Shown: positions 38,702 to 53,700 of the stretch, piece after piece
Numbering within the stretch: the stretch's first letter is position 1
How the letters are laid out: each line of letters begins with the position of its first letter
Assembly (NCBI GenBank): GCA_051362555.1
Contig: CM120640.1
Span: forward strand, 58,506,788 to 58,570,787
Source of the DNA: Lingula anatina
Taxonomy: Eukaryota; Animalia; Brachiopoda
Direction: 5' to 3'
DNA length: 64,000 nucleotides
Notes under the pieces: generated by a model
The model's input: the letters and a program-made list of their open reading frames with translations, nothing else
Databases searched by the model: none
Told to the model about the DNA's origin: nothing
Position numbers and translations under genes: made by a program

Positions 38702-41700
38702 ATGGCCAACACGGAGCAGGGGTGTTATACCCTCATCAATATTCCATCCGATTCAGAGCCACCAACCGAAATGAAATTGAAAGAGGACCTTGGTAAATAA
38801 AAGTTGCAAGTTGATTTCAGTTTAGTTATAGTGTAGTCATTTAGATACAAATCAAACTTTTCTCTGTTGGCTGGTTTTCGGGGAAAATATGATTTGATTT
38901 TAAAATGCTAGAAAATGTTTGTTTTGCACAAATGTAATAAATACTTCTTATATCAATTTGAATAATTGTATGTGTGCTGTAGAATATGGAATTAGGTGGC
39001 GATAACTTTCAAACTTTCCAAAAAAAAAGTTGAAAAGATTTAAACAATTGTTTAATTTTGTATTTTAGAGAAAGGAGAGACGAAAACCAAGATTGAGGCC
39101 TTGAAAAAGGTGGTCCTGATGATTCTAAATGGTGAAAAGATGCCTGGCCTTTTGATGACTGTCATCAGGTTTGTGATGCCTGTACAAGACCACACTATCA
39201 AAAAGCTGTTGCTTATCTTCTGGGAGGTAGTACCCAAATATTCAGGAGATGGCAAGCTGCTGCAGGAGTTCATCCTTGTATGTGATGCATATCGCAAGGT
39301 AAGACTGATTTTATCCATTGTCAAAGTAGAGGAATAGTTAAGAAGACGTTTTACTTTGAAAAAATATGCATTATGAAGTATTTGGTCCATTTCTGTTGCC
39401 ATAGCCAATAGGATGAGTCATGAAGGGAATTGTACTCATAGATCGCTTTCTCATTTGTAGGATCTCCAGCACCCCAATGAATTTATCAGGGGATCAACCC
39501 TCAGATTCCTCTGTAAGTTGAAAGAACCAGAACTTTTAGAGCCCCTCATGCCAGCTATCAGAGCTTGTCTAGACCATAGACACTCTTATGTTAGAAGAAA
39601 TGCAGTGTTGGCAATTTATACAATCTACAGGTGAGACTTTATCATCGATTTTTTTGTGTTTAATGTAGAAGAGAGCAGTGGAAAAGACTGAAACTTAATC
39701 TAGAGATAAAAATTTTGTGAAATAGATTATTTATGTAATTTACAAAGTAATTGATTCATATGAATCCCTATAAAGGATTTTGTCTCTTTGACATTTTTGT
39801 AAATTTTTTTTTTTTGTAAAAAAAAAGAGTATTGGCATAATTGACTATCAGTTAACAGGGGTCTGTGGGCGGGGCAAAAAAAAATTAAGGAAAATGTGTA
39901 TTTGGTAGTACCATAGTACAGATATAACAAACGGATCTTCCAAAAAGTTTACTTGGAACAGTTCTTCCAAGTGCCCAGTTTTGTCATTATATCAATTAAT
40001 AAGGAAAAATTGATGCCATGAGTTCAACTTCCACTACAACTGCAATGTCTGTGGATAGGAACAAATCGTTGTTGAGTAACACATTGAAAATTTTAAATTT
40101 AATTTTGTAAGCAAATATTGGGGGTGGTCCAAACGCTTAATAAAGAGATTTGACAGATGTTATGACATGGTTCCTGTCCTTCAGGACTTAATGTTAAACC
40201 CATTGCATGTAACACGTATGAGAGACAGTAATAAGGCAAAACACAGAGGGTTAGAAAATGTTTCTTTAATGTACAACTATTACTACATAAACTGCCTATA
40301 CCAATATTGTAACTTAGGCACATGAATATAAAGATCTAATTGATTACTTCTGTTATTTCTAGTAATGCCCGTTGCACAATAAAGTAAATAACAGTGTGCC
40401 ACTTATAAAATTACCTTGCAGTTGCATGATTCAGTATTCATATTATTCGTTTTGGTTGTTATTGTATACAATCACTGCTTCAGTAGCCTCGACATTTTAT
40501 TATTTTTAACTTGTAAGTCACTAAATAATTTTATTTTTCTGCAAATCTGTGCATTTTTGCTTCTGTACACGATCAGAAAATGTTTTCTTCATGAAAATTA
40601 CTATTACTTACATGTAAAATTGTTTCACAAATTACAAATGTGACATTTTGGGTTCTTAGGAATTCCTTCTGGTCTGGAAGTACCTGTGCTAGGCACACTA
40701 ACAATTAAACCTCGAAAGAGATAAGGCCAAAGGTTGATATTTTCCGTGTAAAAGATTTCAACCCAAATATTTCCTGAAGTATAGACACGCCTTGAATGTT
40801 CTTCCCGGGCTTTCATGAAAAATAAGTTATCATAGGGATCAATTGTAAGAAGTCTCCCCCTGCAAAACTGGTCTGCTGTTGATCCAGCTAAAGTGAGCAC
40901 AAGGGTTACATAATGTGCTTTCCTGTGGCAGTAAAAGTCAGCAAAATAAAGATTTGTGCCTGTCACAAACAGGTCGGATGCTGGGATATTCACTCTCCTT
41001 GGACCAAAAAATGACCTGAGAGGAGGAAGGCCTGTCTGCAGGTCAGGGTTAGAGGCAAAGAACAGTCCATCAAGTTTTCCATTAATTGGTGACCCTTGGT
41101 CTCCATTGTAGTCTTTCTTGTATATCTTCATTATTCCATCTTTTTGAAAGATGTCCTTGAAGTATTGCACAGTTTTATTACGATACAAGTATCTGCATGG
41201 GATGATTTTACCACCACGATTCTTTGTAAAAATATTTGCCCTTTTCAACAGTTCCCTCAGTTCCAAAATACTCAGCTCTGCAGAGAAAAAATTTGAGCAT
41301 AATTACAGATTGGCTGTTATAGTCAACAATATCTATTATTCACCAGCTTTAACCTTTTATGAGAGAAAGATGATTCATACTTTTGAGGTAAAAAATCATG
41401 AGCAAATTTACTAGATGAATAGTCTGTATTGGTCATGCTAAATGAGAAAAGGATTAATTAATGCTTTTTGATTATTATATATGAAAAGAAAGGTCCCAGT
41501 TTTTTTTTTAAACAACGTTTATTCAAAAGAATGAAGTGGAGGCAAGGTGCTGGAAGCATTATATGCTCTCCACAAAATTAAATTAAATAAGTAAATAAAT
41601 AAAACAAATGGATAGGTATATACATATATACAACAGAGTAAATGTAAAACTTCATATATATCAGGAGCACAAGTTAAGTACAGAAAGAAAGAAGAGGAAA

Positions 41701-44700
41701 AGAGATAGTACCTATTAAGTGATAACAAAGTTTACGAGAAGAAAATTTGCAACAGTGTCGAAGATAATTTCAGTAAGAACATACATTTTAGAAAAAAAAC
41801 TTTTTGTTTGAAAACATATCAAACTAATACTGTTTTACTCAATTTTAAGCATGTTAAAGTATATTTTAAAGGCTATTTAGCATAGTAAATATTCACATGC
41901 ATGTCTTGTCCTTTTTGAGCAGTTTTGAATGCTTTAAAGTGATGAATGCTCATTTATAGAAGGCTTTTTAAAAATTATATCTTAAAGACAGTGACTTTGT
42001 ATTGTCCTTATTAAGATGAAAACCACACACACATAAAAAAGATAAATAAATGAATAAGAAAAATAAATATTCCTATCTTTAGTGGGACTTTTGTTTGCAT
42101 ACATAATTATCTTACCTGCACGGAAACGTAATGCACCAAGATATGCGTTGCTATCAATTGCATAGCCTGTAAGTTTGTATTCTTGTCCAGGCTTCAGCTT
42201 GAATTTTATGATTTTGTCATCGCCACAAACATGAAGACTCTCACCAATGTAATGTTTGCTAGTGTTGACCAAGTCAAGATGAAACCACTTGCTTGAGGGA
42301 TTAGGATCTGAGGTTTGAATTTTCACGTGGACACGGCTGGCACCTTTCTCTAGTACCCTAAGTTGGTATAGTGGTTGTTTAAACACTGACTGAAAATAAT
42401 GATAAAACATCTTATTCCCCTTTTTTCTGTGATATGTTGAATAATGATTCTGACATGGATGCTTTCTATGTGATGCCACGGGGTGTAATGAAATCTTTTT
42501 ATACTTTCTTAATGGTAACTTTTATAAGGCTCAAAACGCAATCAACAATTCCATGGTTTGTGTCAGCTCTCTAAAGTCGCTCAAAGAAAACCAAAGGACA
42601 CATAATGACCAGTTTAATGGTTTATTTGTTGACGCTCTCTAGCTACATCATCTACGTTAAGTCTCCAACTTTTAAACCATCTCCCATGGCTCGTTCCCGT
42701 CTTCCTAGCTCTCCTGAGTGGTCTCCCTAAGTCTCCCTCAATCTGAACTCCAGATGTTAATTCTGAACGTCTTATATACGTATTTCTTATCTGTGTTGCA
42801 CTATTTGGTGGTACATAGTAATTTTAATTATTCAAATTGCACACGTCCACTTACGTTATATAATTACAGGTAAGGCCATAAAAAGAGTCGAGTGCACAAG
42901 TAAGGGACTACATTCAAATTAATTAACAAGTCTGGGTATTATATTTGTGAACTGAATAGGGGCTTTGTAGTTTACTTGCTTTAAAACATGAACAATATCT
43001 TTTTGATATAAATAAAATTTTGTCAACTTACAAAATAGTTACATCTACAGTTTACATAAGTACATAAGTTTGACTGAAGTACTGTTTTCAGTCAGATTTG
43101 GTCAACCTGTCTCAGTTGGTCACCTGGTTAAGAATTTAGAACACCATGTTTAACCAGTTTCTCCTTTTGTTGTCCTGCCCACTTCTATTCATTGACAAGT
43201 TGAGGTTATTTGCATGCTGATATATTAGCTTCTTCAGATGAGAAACTCATGAACAGCCTGATTGCTGAGATGTGCTTTAGCTACATACGCTGACCAAGTT
43301 TGAGTGGAAATGTGACACAATTTTTTTGTATCTCTAAACCATGGTTAATTGGTAAGGGACATAGTCTGTTAGCTTTGTGTTGGGCGAGTCTATTATTTAT
43401 TGCATCCCTGTAGTAGACACATTGTGCATGAGAAAAATGAAATTACCTCTGGTCTTTTACATCCAAATTGAGATGTGTTACTTTTCTCTCTTCTGTGATT
43501 TTTGTAGGTTGAGATGAAAGCCTCATAATAGCTTCCAAGTGGGAACCACATTGTGTGTCTGAACTGATTTTTTGAAAGTTTGTGAATGGATTGTTTTTCA
43601 CTTTGCAGTTCAGTCACTGTCAAGAAGAAATGTTGATCGGTTTCACATTTAGTCCAATCAAATATAACTTTCATTGTCTCCTGTTGATTCTCTTGCCATA
43701 CAGTAAGTTTCAACATTTTCAAAAATTGATCTCCACCTGTAAAGAGAAATAGAAGTTAGGTGTTTGTAACATTGTGTAAAATATAGAATGTTAGTTCTCT
43801 TGTTAAAGAGGTATAAAGACATCCTGCAGGTTACTTACTAACACTGCCCTTAAAAACATGGCTTTAAAGAAAGGACCACGGGCCACATAAACAGGTGGTG
43901 ACATAATCTTAAATCTTTATTTCTCAATACTTTTGCCACTATATAGCAGAGTATCACTGAATTTTGAGTTACCCACTGATAGTAATAACTACGGTTTTTC
44001 AACTAAAGCAACTTTTGTATTATATAATATAAGTTTGTGTTATAGTATTTGAAAGCTGTTGATTGGAGACTGATTTTTGTAGTTGTAAATCATTCCTAGT
44101 CTGTAATAGCAATTAACTGTTGATATCATGATCTCCTAACTGTTTTGGTTTAAGATGCTCTTTGGAAAAGCATTGATATGAGCTGAATACCATTACTACG
44201 ATGAGCAAATGTAGGAGTAACATGGTCCTCTTTAGTGAACTTTTTTAATTTTTCCTATATTTATTTATAGTGGTAACAACCGTTCCTTGGAAGTAGGCTA
44301 ACATCACATCCATCTTTCCATTGATGACAGTATGACTATACCAGAGGAATGTGTGACAAGGCATCAGCATTTCAAACTTACCCCCTGGCCTCGTTTTCAC
44401 AAAAAAAAACTTAAGTTGGAATACCTGGCTAACATCTTTGTTATGCCCCTATTTCACGCAGACTATGAATCCCACGAATCGCCAGGAATTGACAAATTTC
44501 AGGATTCGTGGTTGAATCGTAATCAGTTCATGAAGTTCTTAACAGATCTGTATATATTCGTACTGAGTTCTTGCAATTCTTGATCAATCACAAACTGATT
44601 ACGATTCAACCACGAATCCTGAAATATGGGCATTACCAACATTAAATGGACACAAGCCCATATCTTACCCTATCAGGAACAGTGTTACAGCACTCTCATG

Positions 44701-47700
44701 GTAGTCCTAGTCAACTAAACCCGAGAACTGACTAAAGTTTTTTTTTTACTTTGTGAAATGGGCCTGATCTATCATATTTTTTCACTATTTATTTTTATGT
44801 TCACTATTCTCCTTGTTTATATACCCTGTATCTACATCATTGCTTATTCCAATGAAAGAAGTGATAAAGTTCTATTGTTGTAATGTAGGTTAGCTAATCA
44901 GATAGCTTACAATGTTAAATAAAGGGGTGACCTTGGGCATTGGGAACAAAAATATTAGTGTGGTTAATCAACTTGATCTATACATCAAGAGTTTTTAAAT
45001 ACTTACCAATGGAACTAGTCTATCAAGTGTCACAATCTGCAATACCCAGAGACATACAAGTTGAAGAGCAATTTTTTTTTCTACTTGCCTTACAGGCCTC
45101 ATAATAAAAATTGCCTGGGTTAATAGTGCTGTGACACTTTTTTGCCGTCTAAGGTCAACCATCTGCTACGTGTTCAGCAATTTTATAAAGTGCCTATTAA
45201 TTTGTTCTGATCAAGAAGTAAGTAACTAGGTTAGGGTTGATAAGTGAAACATGTTGCAGATGTGTTATGTAAACTTAAATCGACTCTATGACAGCTTGAT
45301 AAGCTTCTGCTCTGCCCTGTTTTTTATCGTCAATTAAACTGCACCTTAAATTGGTGTAAGATACTGATTCATTTGCATTTTAACTCCAAAACTTCTCCAG
45401 CAGGTACACTGTAACGCTGTTAATGTTATCGATAGCTGTCCTTAATGAGGATGACACAATGAAAAAAATCAAGATATTATCTCGGATAAAAAAATGTACC
45501 TGCCAATTCTATTCATGTCCATTGCGCAATTTAAGGTCATTTAACTATTACTTAGCTCGTAAACATGGAGATCGTTCGCGGTCCAAATGGGACGAGATGG
45601 CAATTTTTCACAACTTCAGTTGAGAATCTTTCGCGTAATATCTTCATCTTCATGCGATTTTGAGAAGGCAATTTCCATATTTGTTCTGAGCACTTTTTTC
45701 CTCAAGATCATTTGTGGGAGATCGTTCACGATCTGAGTGAGACGAAAAGGCAAGTTTCAGATCTTTGGCAGGAGATCGTTCGCATCGGAGGCAAGAAACT
45801 TTCATATTAGTTCAAGGGACTTACGAACTTCGTTCGCGAGAGATCATCAGCGGGAGATCATTATTTTAAACCCCTCCTGCTTTGAATTTTTAAAAAATAT
45901 AAATTTTCATTTTATCTTTAACCCCTCCCCCTGCCCATGGCATATCTTCAGCAGAGAATCATTTGCATAATATCATAAGCAGATCGTTCGCAATCTGAGC
46001 AAGACGAGAAGGCAATTTTGTTATTTGTTCAGAGGGCATTGTTCACGTAAGATCATCAGTGGGAGATCATTCGCCATTTGAGCGAGACAAAAAGGCACTT
46101 TTCATATCTTCAGTGGGAGATCGTTCGCGATGTAAGCAAGAATAAAATGCAATTTTCATATTAGTCGTTCAAGGGATTAAGGATCTTCGTTCGCGGAAGA
46201 TCGTCAAAGGGAAATCATTATATTAAACCCCTCCCTCCCCCTTTTAATTTTTTAAATATATATATTTTCAATGCTTACTCCAGTAAAAAGAAAACTATTT
46301 AAAGTATTGTTGTTTATGCAGAGTTTTTGTTGACTATGTGGGTTAACTATGTAGAAAGCTGTTGAGCTAGAGCTTATTGTGGTAAAATGAATGTGGTAAA
46401 GTGAATGTGAATTTGAAGTTTGTACAGGACATTCTGGTTACTTTCCAGAATGTGCTTATGTCTCCAAGGCCATTTTGATTACCCTCTGCCACGCCCACTA
46501 AATGATTTTTCACTAGATATTCACAGATAATGTCACTCTTCTAACTGTGGCTGGTGGAAAATGAGGGTAGGGAATACCTTTTGCTTTACGCGTGATTGGC
46601 CTTATTTTTTGAGCGCGATGCGTTATTTGAGCCCAATATTCTGCTTGAAACATGATTCAGGTACTACTTTGTTTAATTAGCATTACAGAAATTTGTTCTA
46701 GAACATCCCGAACTTTGCATCATTATTGTAAGGTGATCACTCACTGGAGATAAATTCAACAAACTCTTCAAACAAGGAAGGTAGAAAAGTGGAAATGTGA
46801 GTACTTCGCTAGTTTTCGGATGCGTATATATATTATCACCTTAGTCTCTGTCGCAGGAATCCTGACCAATGAGAATGGCTGAATATCTCTAAGCAGACGA
46901 TTCCTGTCATTCAACACACGAAATAAATTATTCTGGTAATGTTAAAAATTCCTGCAAGTATGGCAATTTTCTATCTTAATGAATGGTGATAGCTTTCAAT
47001 TCAGGCTCGTGATTGGTGATTGAACTGAATATATTTTCGTGATTGGTGATTGACCTGTTTTAATTCTTCGTGATTGGTGATTAAGGGGGGGGGGGGTATT
47101 CTCTACCCTGTACCTGTCATATCTGCCGCCCTCATAGAGGATACCTTTTGTTTTCCTTGAATAGATTTAATCACTGAAATTTGAGTTACCCACTGATAGT
47201 GAAAACTACCATTTTTCAACTAAAGCAACTTTTGTATTATATAATAAAGTTTGTGTCATAGTATTTGAAAGCTGTTGATTGGAGACTGATTTTTGTAGTT
47301 TGCAAATCATTCCGAGTTTTTAGTAGCAATTAACTGTTGAGATCATGATCTCACTTTTTTTGTATAAGATGCTTTTTGGAAAAGCATTGATATGAGCTGA
47401 ATTCCATAACCACGATGAACAAATAAAGGAGTAAAATGGTCCTCTTTAGTGAACTTTATATTTATTTATAGTGGTAATAACCGTTTCTTGGAAGTAGGTG
47501 GACATCACATCCATCTTTCCATTGATGACAGTATGACTATACCTGAGGAATGTGTGACAAGGCATCAGCATTTCAAACTTACCCCCTGGCCTCATTAAAA
47601 AATAGAAAAAAAACCCAAAAAACAAAAACACTTATGTTGGATTCCCTGGCTAATATCTTTGTTACCAACATTAAATGAACACATGCACATATCTTACCCT

Positions 47701-50700
47701 ATTAGGAACAGTGTCACAGCTTTCATGGAAGTCCTAGTCAACAAAGCTGGAGAACTGACTTGAGTTTTTTTTTTTATGAAACCTTATTCTCCTTGTTTAT
47801 ATGGCCTTACCTGTATCTAGGTCATTGCTTACTCCAATGAAAAAAGGAATAAGTTCTATTGTAAGTTATAATGTAGGTTAACCTATCATATAGCTTAGGT
47901 TTTTAAATAGAGAGGTGCCTTTGGGCATTGAGAGCAAAATAAATGTTAGTAGTTAATCAATTTGGTCTATACAACAGTTTTCAAATATTTACCAATGAAA
48001 CAAGTCTGTCAAGTTCCAGAATCTGCAATTCCCATGACATATAATTTGAAGACCAAATTTTTTCAACTTGGCTTTCAGGCCTCATAAACAAAAATTGCCT
48101 GGCTGTAACCTCGTTGCTGTGACATTTTTTTTTTTTTTTTTGCTAAGATCAACTGTCCGCTACATGTGAAGTAGTCTTAGGCATTGTTCACATGAAAAAT
48201 CCAAATTCCAAAAATCCATTGGTGGTATGTAGTGATCACGGTCTGTGCCCTGAATACCCTGGGGCTTAATTAACTAACAGCGCGAGCGAGTCGTTTCCAA
48301 AACTGTAATTAATTCTCAGCTGCGCTCGGAGGAGATTCTGATACCTGGACGCATGGGCAGTAGTATTTCTTGCCATCAGATCATGACGGTTGCACTCATA
48401 TCTGTTGTGTGTATATTTGAAGTGAAATATGTTGCTGATGTGTTATGTCAACTTAAATCAACTCTATGACTGCTTGATAACAAGCTTCTGCCTTATTTAT
48501 CATCAATTTAACTGGTATTTAAATTGGTGTAAGATAGTGATTGGTTTGCATTGTAAATCCAGAACTAAGGAAGATACTATCAAGAAAATTGATAGTATCA
48601 GGCTGTGAACTTTTATCTGGTCCAGCATATGAGCCCGAATTACAAAGTTCCAGTGAAGATGCATTTGAAGTCAATTTTTAGCCACAAAAGCCGGCTAAAT
48701 GTCAGCATATAGAATTAAATAGTATCACTTAGAGAAATACCACAGGATTTTATTTCATATTGCCAAATGATATTTGAACGAATATTTTATCCTTACTTTC
48801 TTTGCTGTCCATAACTGAGGCAGATAAGTAGGTCAATTTATAACCAATATTTGATGAAGGACATTTTTAAAGCTCTTTACAGTTTATGGCTTATCTGATG
48901 ATTAATTTTATTATCCCATTTTGCTTGCCCTCTACCAGGCCCACTGATTAAATGGTTTTTTACTAAATATTCCCAGATAATGTCTCTGGCTAAATATGAT
49001 AAATCTTCTAACTGTGGCTGGTGGAAAATGTACCTGTAATATCTGCTGCCCTCGTAGAGGATACATTTTGTTTCCCTTGAATAGGTTTATTGAACCAAAT
49101 ATCTTATTGTATATTTGGGCATTGTTGTGATCTCCAATAAAAACACATTGCAGTCTGTAAAAGAGTCTATGTAAAAATAGAACACATTGCAGTCTGTAAA
49201 AGAGTCTATGTAAAAATAGAACTTTTAAAGGTAGGGTTCCATTGTTATTACGTGGGTTTGCAATACAACTAGTAAGTAAACTGTGATTGATAAATGGATT
49301 TTCACAAATTTGCACAGTGAAGTTCTTTCTTTTGGAAGAGAGTTTGTGGCAGGCCAAAAATATTGCTCAGGGTTGGACAGCAAAGAAATACTTCTGCTAT
49401 TTAGCGGTTAATCAACTTGTTAACCAGCTTGGTCTCATTAACAATTTTCATTCTTTAGCAAAGTCTGTCAAATACTGAAATATACCCAAGAGACCTACCT
49501 GTGGTTGACCAATTTTCACTTCTTGGCCTAATAGGTTATAACCTCAATGCTGGTAATACTTTTTAGCAGACAAAGGCTTATCAAGTGTCATCAAGATTAT
49601 TTATTCTACAAAGAATTATCAAAATTTTTTCAAGGCTGAATGAATTTAATTAAACAAAGTTATGGTGAATGCAAAATAATGATTTAACTTGCAATTGAAG
49701 CTACATTCTTCTTTATTTGTTGTTTGTGAAACCTCTCTTATGTCTTGTATCTGTGCACAACAAAAACATACTGATAATCCCTAAAAAGGTGTCACAAAAG
49801 ATATTAAGGAGACATCCTAGAAGTTTAAGATAATAGCCTTTAATGGCTACATGCATTCTACATGCATTTCAACATAATATCTTAATATCTCAATATTTTT
49901 TTTCAGAAACTTTGACTTTTTGATCCCTGATGCTCCAGAGTTAATTGCCAATTTCTTGGAGGGTGAACAAGATGCATCCTGCAAGAGAAATGCCTTTATG
50001 ATGCTGATACATGTTGACCAGGTACTTGGAAATGACTGTCTGTTATATTTCATAAGACCTTGATCAATCTATCATACTTTTGATTCAGGCTTTGCTAAAC
50101 TTTGTTTAATACTTGTTTTTAACAAATGTGAATCTATGGCTTTCACAAAATATTAGCCAAATTACCTTTGGAGTGTGTTTATAATTAATATCAAATGTTA
50201 CTTATTACATGTAAATTGATTTTGAATATGCCTTGGATGTTTGCAATATACAATGTCTGTTATAAGAATTTGAAGACTTGCAATTGAATATTTCTCAGGA
50301 GCGTGCTCTGACCTACCTTGTAAGCTGCATAGACCAAGTGACATCATTTGGAGACATTCTCCAGTTGGTTATAGTGGAACTTATCTACAAGGTAATAAAC
50401 TGTGACCCTCGAGTTTTAGTTGGGAAGTGTGAAAAACTATGTATATTTAGAATGTATTAAAGAATTTATCAGTGCCCTTCTTACTTTCCCTCTCCCCAGT
50501 TTCAAGGTGTGTCATTCTTATTTTCATAAATGCTCATTTTCCTAATGTGTTAGGTGTGCCATGCCAATCCATCTGAGAGATCCCGCTTCATTCGCTGTAT
50601 TTACAATCTACTGAATTCCTCCAGTCCAGCTGTGAGATATGAGGCAGCCGGCACCTTGGTCACTCTATCCAGTGCTCCAACAGCAATCAAAGTGAGTAGA

Positions 50701-53700
50701 GTAACAATCCAAATGAATTAGACAGGTTTGTAGTGATCAAAGCTAAGCTTTAAAATATGTAAGAACATCACTGGTTGACAAAATTACATGAGAAATAGGT
50801 TTAGTTCTTTTTTTGGTGAGTAAATTACCTTTAGTTCTTATCTTTGCACTGACAGAATGTTTCCCCATTTTGAATTTATAATGCTTGCAAGCAAGGGCCA
50901 AGGACCAGGACAATTTTTTCTTAAAGATGTAAACAAAGTCAGTTTTTTGCCACAAAAACCGACCAAATGCCAGCATATAGTTTCAAGTAGTGTAACTAAG
51001 AGAATTACCAAAGAGCATTTTTAATTTTACCCAAAAATGATGTTTGAACAGATTTTTTTACTAGCATTCTATGCTGTATGTCAATGGGACAGAAAAGTAG
51101 GTCTCGAAAGTAGGTTAAATTTCCGACCAAAAATTTAAAGAAAGGAGCAGTCTAAAGCTCTTTTATGGCTGATAGAATGATCTATTCAATTTATCCCTTG
51201 GCATGTCAAATTTATTTGATTTGTACAAGAAATAAGTAGAAGTTGTTTACATGTGTTACTGGGAATCCACGCTCCACTGATGCTCGGTTCGTATGTACCT
51301 TTAAAAACCTCCTTCCAGTCTTGGAGGGTAACTGTAAGCTGGTGACTCTATAGATGTTACCACTTTTAACATTGGAATAATAATAATGTAATTTCCTATT
51401 ATTTAAGGCTGCTGCCAGCTGTTACATTGAACTTATCGTAAAGGAGAGTGACAACAACGTGAAACTTATTGTGTTGGACAGGTTGATTGCCTTGAAAGAG
51501 GTACCATCACATGAGAAAGTGCTGCAGGTGAGTGTGAAACTGTACCTGTAAACAGTATATTTTATAACATGATTAGTATAATCTCTCTGTAAGCCACAAA
51601 GGTAGTCAGTAAAAGTTATTATATAAGTTTTAAGTAAGAGGAATATTGATGAAACTTTTATACCTCTTTTGTAGTCTACTGGCCAAATTCTCTCTCTCTT
51701 TCCTAGGAAATTGTACTTGTTCTGTATGCCAAATTTTATGTGTATCAGAAGTAGTAAGGGTAAATTATGTTATCATGGAGGTCATATTTTGTTATTTTAC
51801 TAGGAACTTGTAATGGACATCTTAAGAGTGTTGTCAGCTCCTGATCTTGAAGTACGCAGAAAGACTCTGGAGTTATCACTGGACCTTATCACATCAAGGA
51901 ATGTGGAAGAGGTACCTATTTATTTGAGGAACTTTGATTTTGAATTAAAAATATTTACAATGAAATTTAAACTTATGATTAATTTTGGTCATTGGAAACT
52001 TTAGATATCGTGATGAACAAGAGATTGTAAAAAGAAATGGCCAATGCAGTCCCGTGGTTTATCTGACTTGAGTAGTTGTATTTTAAAGTGGAACAGCTTT
52101 ACAGTGCATGCAACTTTCATAATCAGAAGGTAATTCCTCCTATCTTTCCTGTCAGATGGTTTTGGTTCTGAAGAAGGAAGTGGTGAAGACTAACAACACA
52201 GTTGAGCAGGAGGACACTGGCAAGTACCGCCAGCTATTAGTCCGTACCCTCCACCAGTGCTGTGTGAGGTTCCCTGATGTGGCCCAGACTGTTATACCAG
52301 TGGTATGTACTATTGTGGCAGGAGGTCTGAAAGATCTTTTCACAATTAAACTGACATAGACAGAAAAAGGTCTAAGACATAATCAACAACGAGATTGCAC
52401 AGAGACCCATGTCATAAAATAAAAGATGATAGTAATATATGATACTAATTTCCAAGTACTTAATTTGGCCTTTCTTGGAGATCAGTTAATCTTTTAGTGT
52501 CAGGTCAAGGTGTATCAGTCTGCTCCATTTAATGTCAGACGTTATACTGTAGCTAAAAACTTGGAAAAGAAAATTGGCATTTAAACATGAAACTGAAAAT
52601 ATTTAACATGCATTTTGTATATATTACAGTTGATGGAGTTTTTGAATGATGCTAATGAACTGGCTGCTTTGGATGTGTTGGTGTTTGTGCGTGAAGCCAT
52701 GCAGAGATTTGAAGACCTGCGCCCTCTTGTGGTCAATAAGATGCTGGAAGTTTTCTCATCAATTAAGTCTATCAAGTATGTTTATGGTTTAACCCAGGTC
52801 TTAAGCATCATTATATAATTTATCCTATTAAAGTGATTGAGGTTTAAGAGAATTGATAAGTCAGATATAGTTTACAGCTTTAAGTATTTAATCAGTTAAG
52901 GAGAAATCAGACAAGATCCAAAAACTGCAGGTTTCAAAATTTTGAAAGAGGCAGTTCTGTTTTTTTTTTTTTACCATACCAGGTAATTTTATGTATCTTA
53001 TCATTACTTTGCTATGATAAACTGGTACTTGTGTCTGTCTGTATACCAGACTATTTTGTCATATTTTTCATGTTATTTACCATGTTCTTTTTAACTATTA
53101 CTGTAGGGTTTTTCGCGGTGCCTTATGGCTGCTTGGAGAGTACTGTATCAGCAAAGATGACATTCAGAGTGTCATGACTGAGATTAGGCAGTCTTTGGGA
53201 GAGGTGAGAAGATGGTTTGAGTTAGAATGGAAAAATTAATAATCAGATATTGTAAATGTTATGTAATTATTGAGTTTGCTTAAGAAAGCTTTCATAATTG
53301 GGATATTTTTGGTTGAAATTAGCAAAAAGTGTGTGCTCTGTATCTAAAACGTTTTCATTCAACTTTGTCTTAGTTATGATAGATCTTAATTGATGCAGAA
53401 TTATGAAGTTCATTGGTATTTTTTCCAGATTCCAATTGTTGATGATGAAATAAGAAAAGCTGCAGGAGAAACTAAGGAAGATGGTAAGTTGTGTTAATAA
53501 TTTTAGATAATTTTCACTAAAAATCTAGTTGCATATAAAATGGACTTCCAGATATGGATGCGCAAAAAGTTGTCTCAACATAGTTTCAAAGTGCAGAACA
53601 GCTAGGAATTTCTTCAAACTTGCTGTTAATCATTTGATCCAGAATCCCAGGTGGCCCAGACTGGCACAGTGCAGAAGTTGGTGACAGAGCTCGGGACTTA

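Larger units (their letters stand above)
43950..49090. repeat. Diverged tandem segmental duplication (copy 1 ~43950-47165, copy 2 ~47166-49090)
   Basis: atcactgaa.tttgagttacccactgatagt... aligns 43952-45380 with 47170-48560. aatg.ttttt...ctgtggctggtggaaaatg...gaatag aligns 46500-47165 with 48950-49085. Confidence 0.85.

Noticed and set aside
45567-46260. Repeat-spacer (CRISPR-like) pattern around gagatcgttcgc
   Set aside because: The intervening sequences are homologous to each other and the spacing is irregular, so this is a degenerate tandem repeat.
48932-49357. 141-aa ORF with a repeated peptide
   Set aside because: The peptide repeat comes from a 39-bp DNA duplication within non-coding duplicated sequence.
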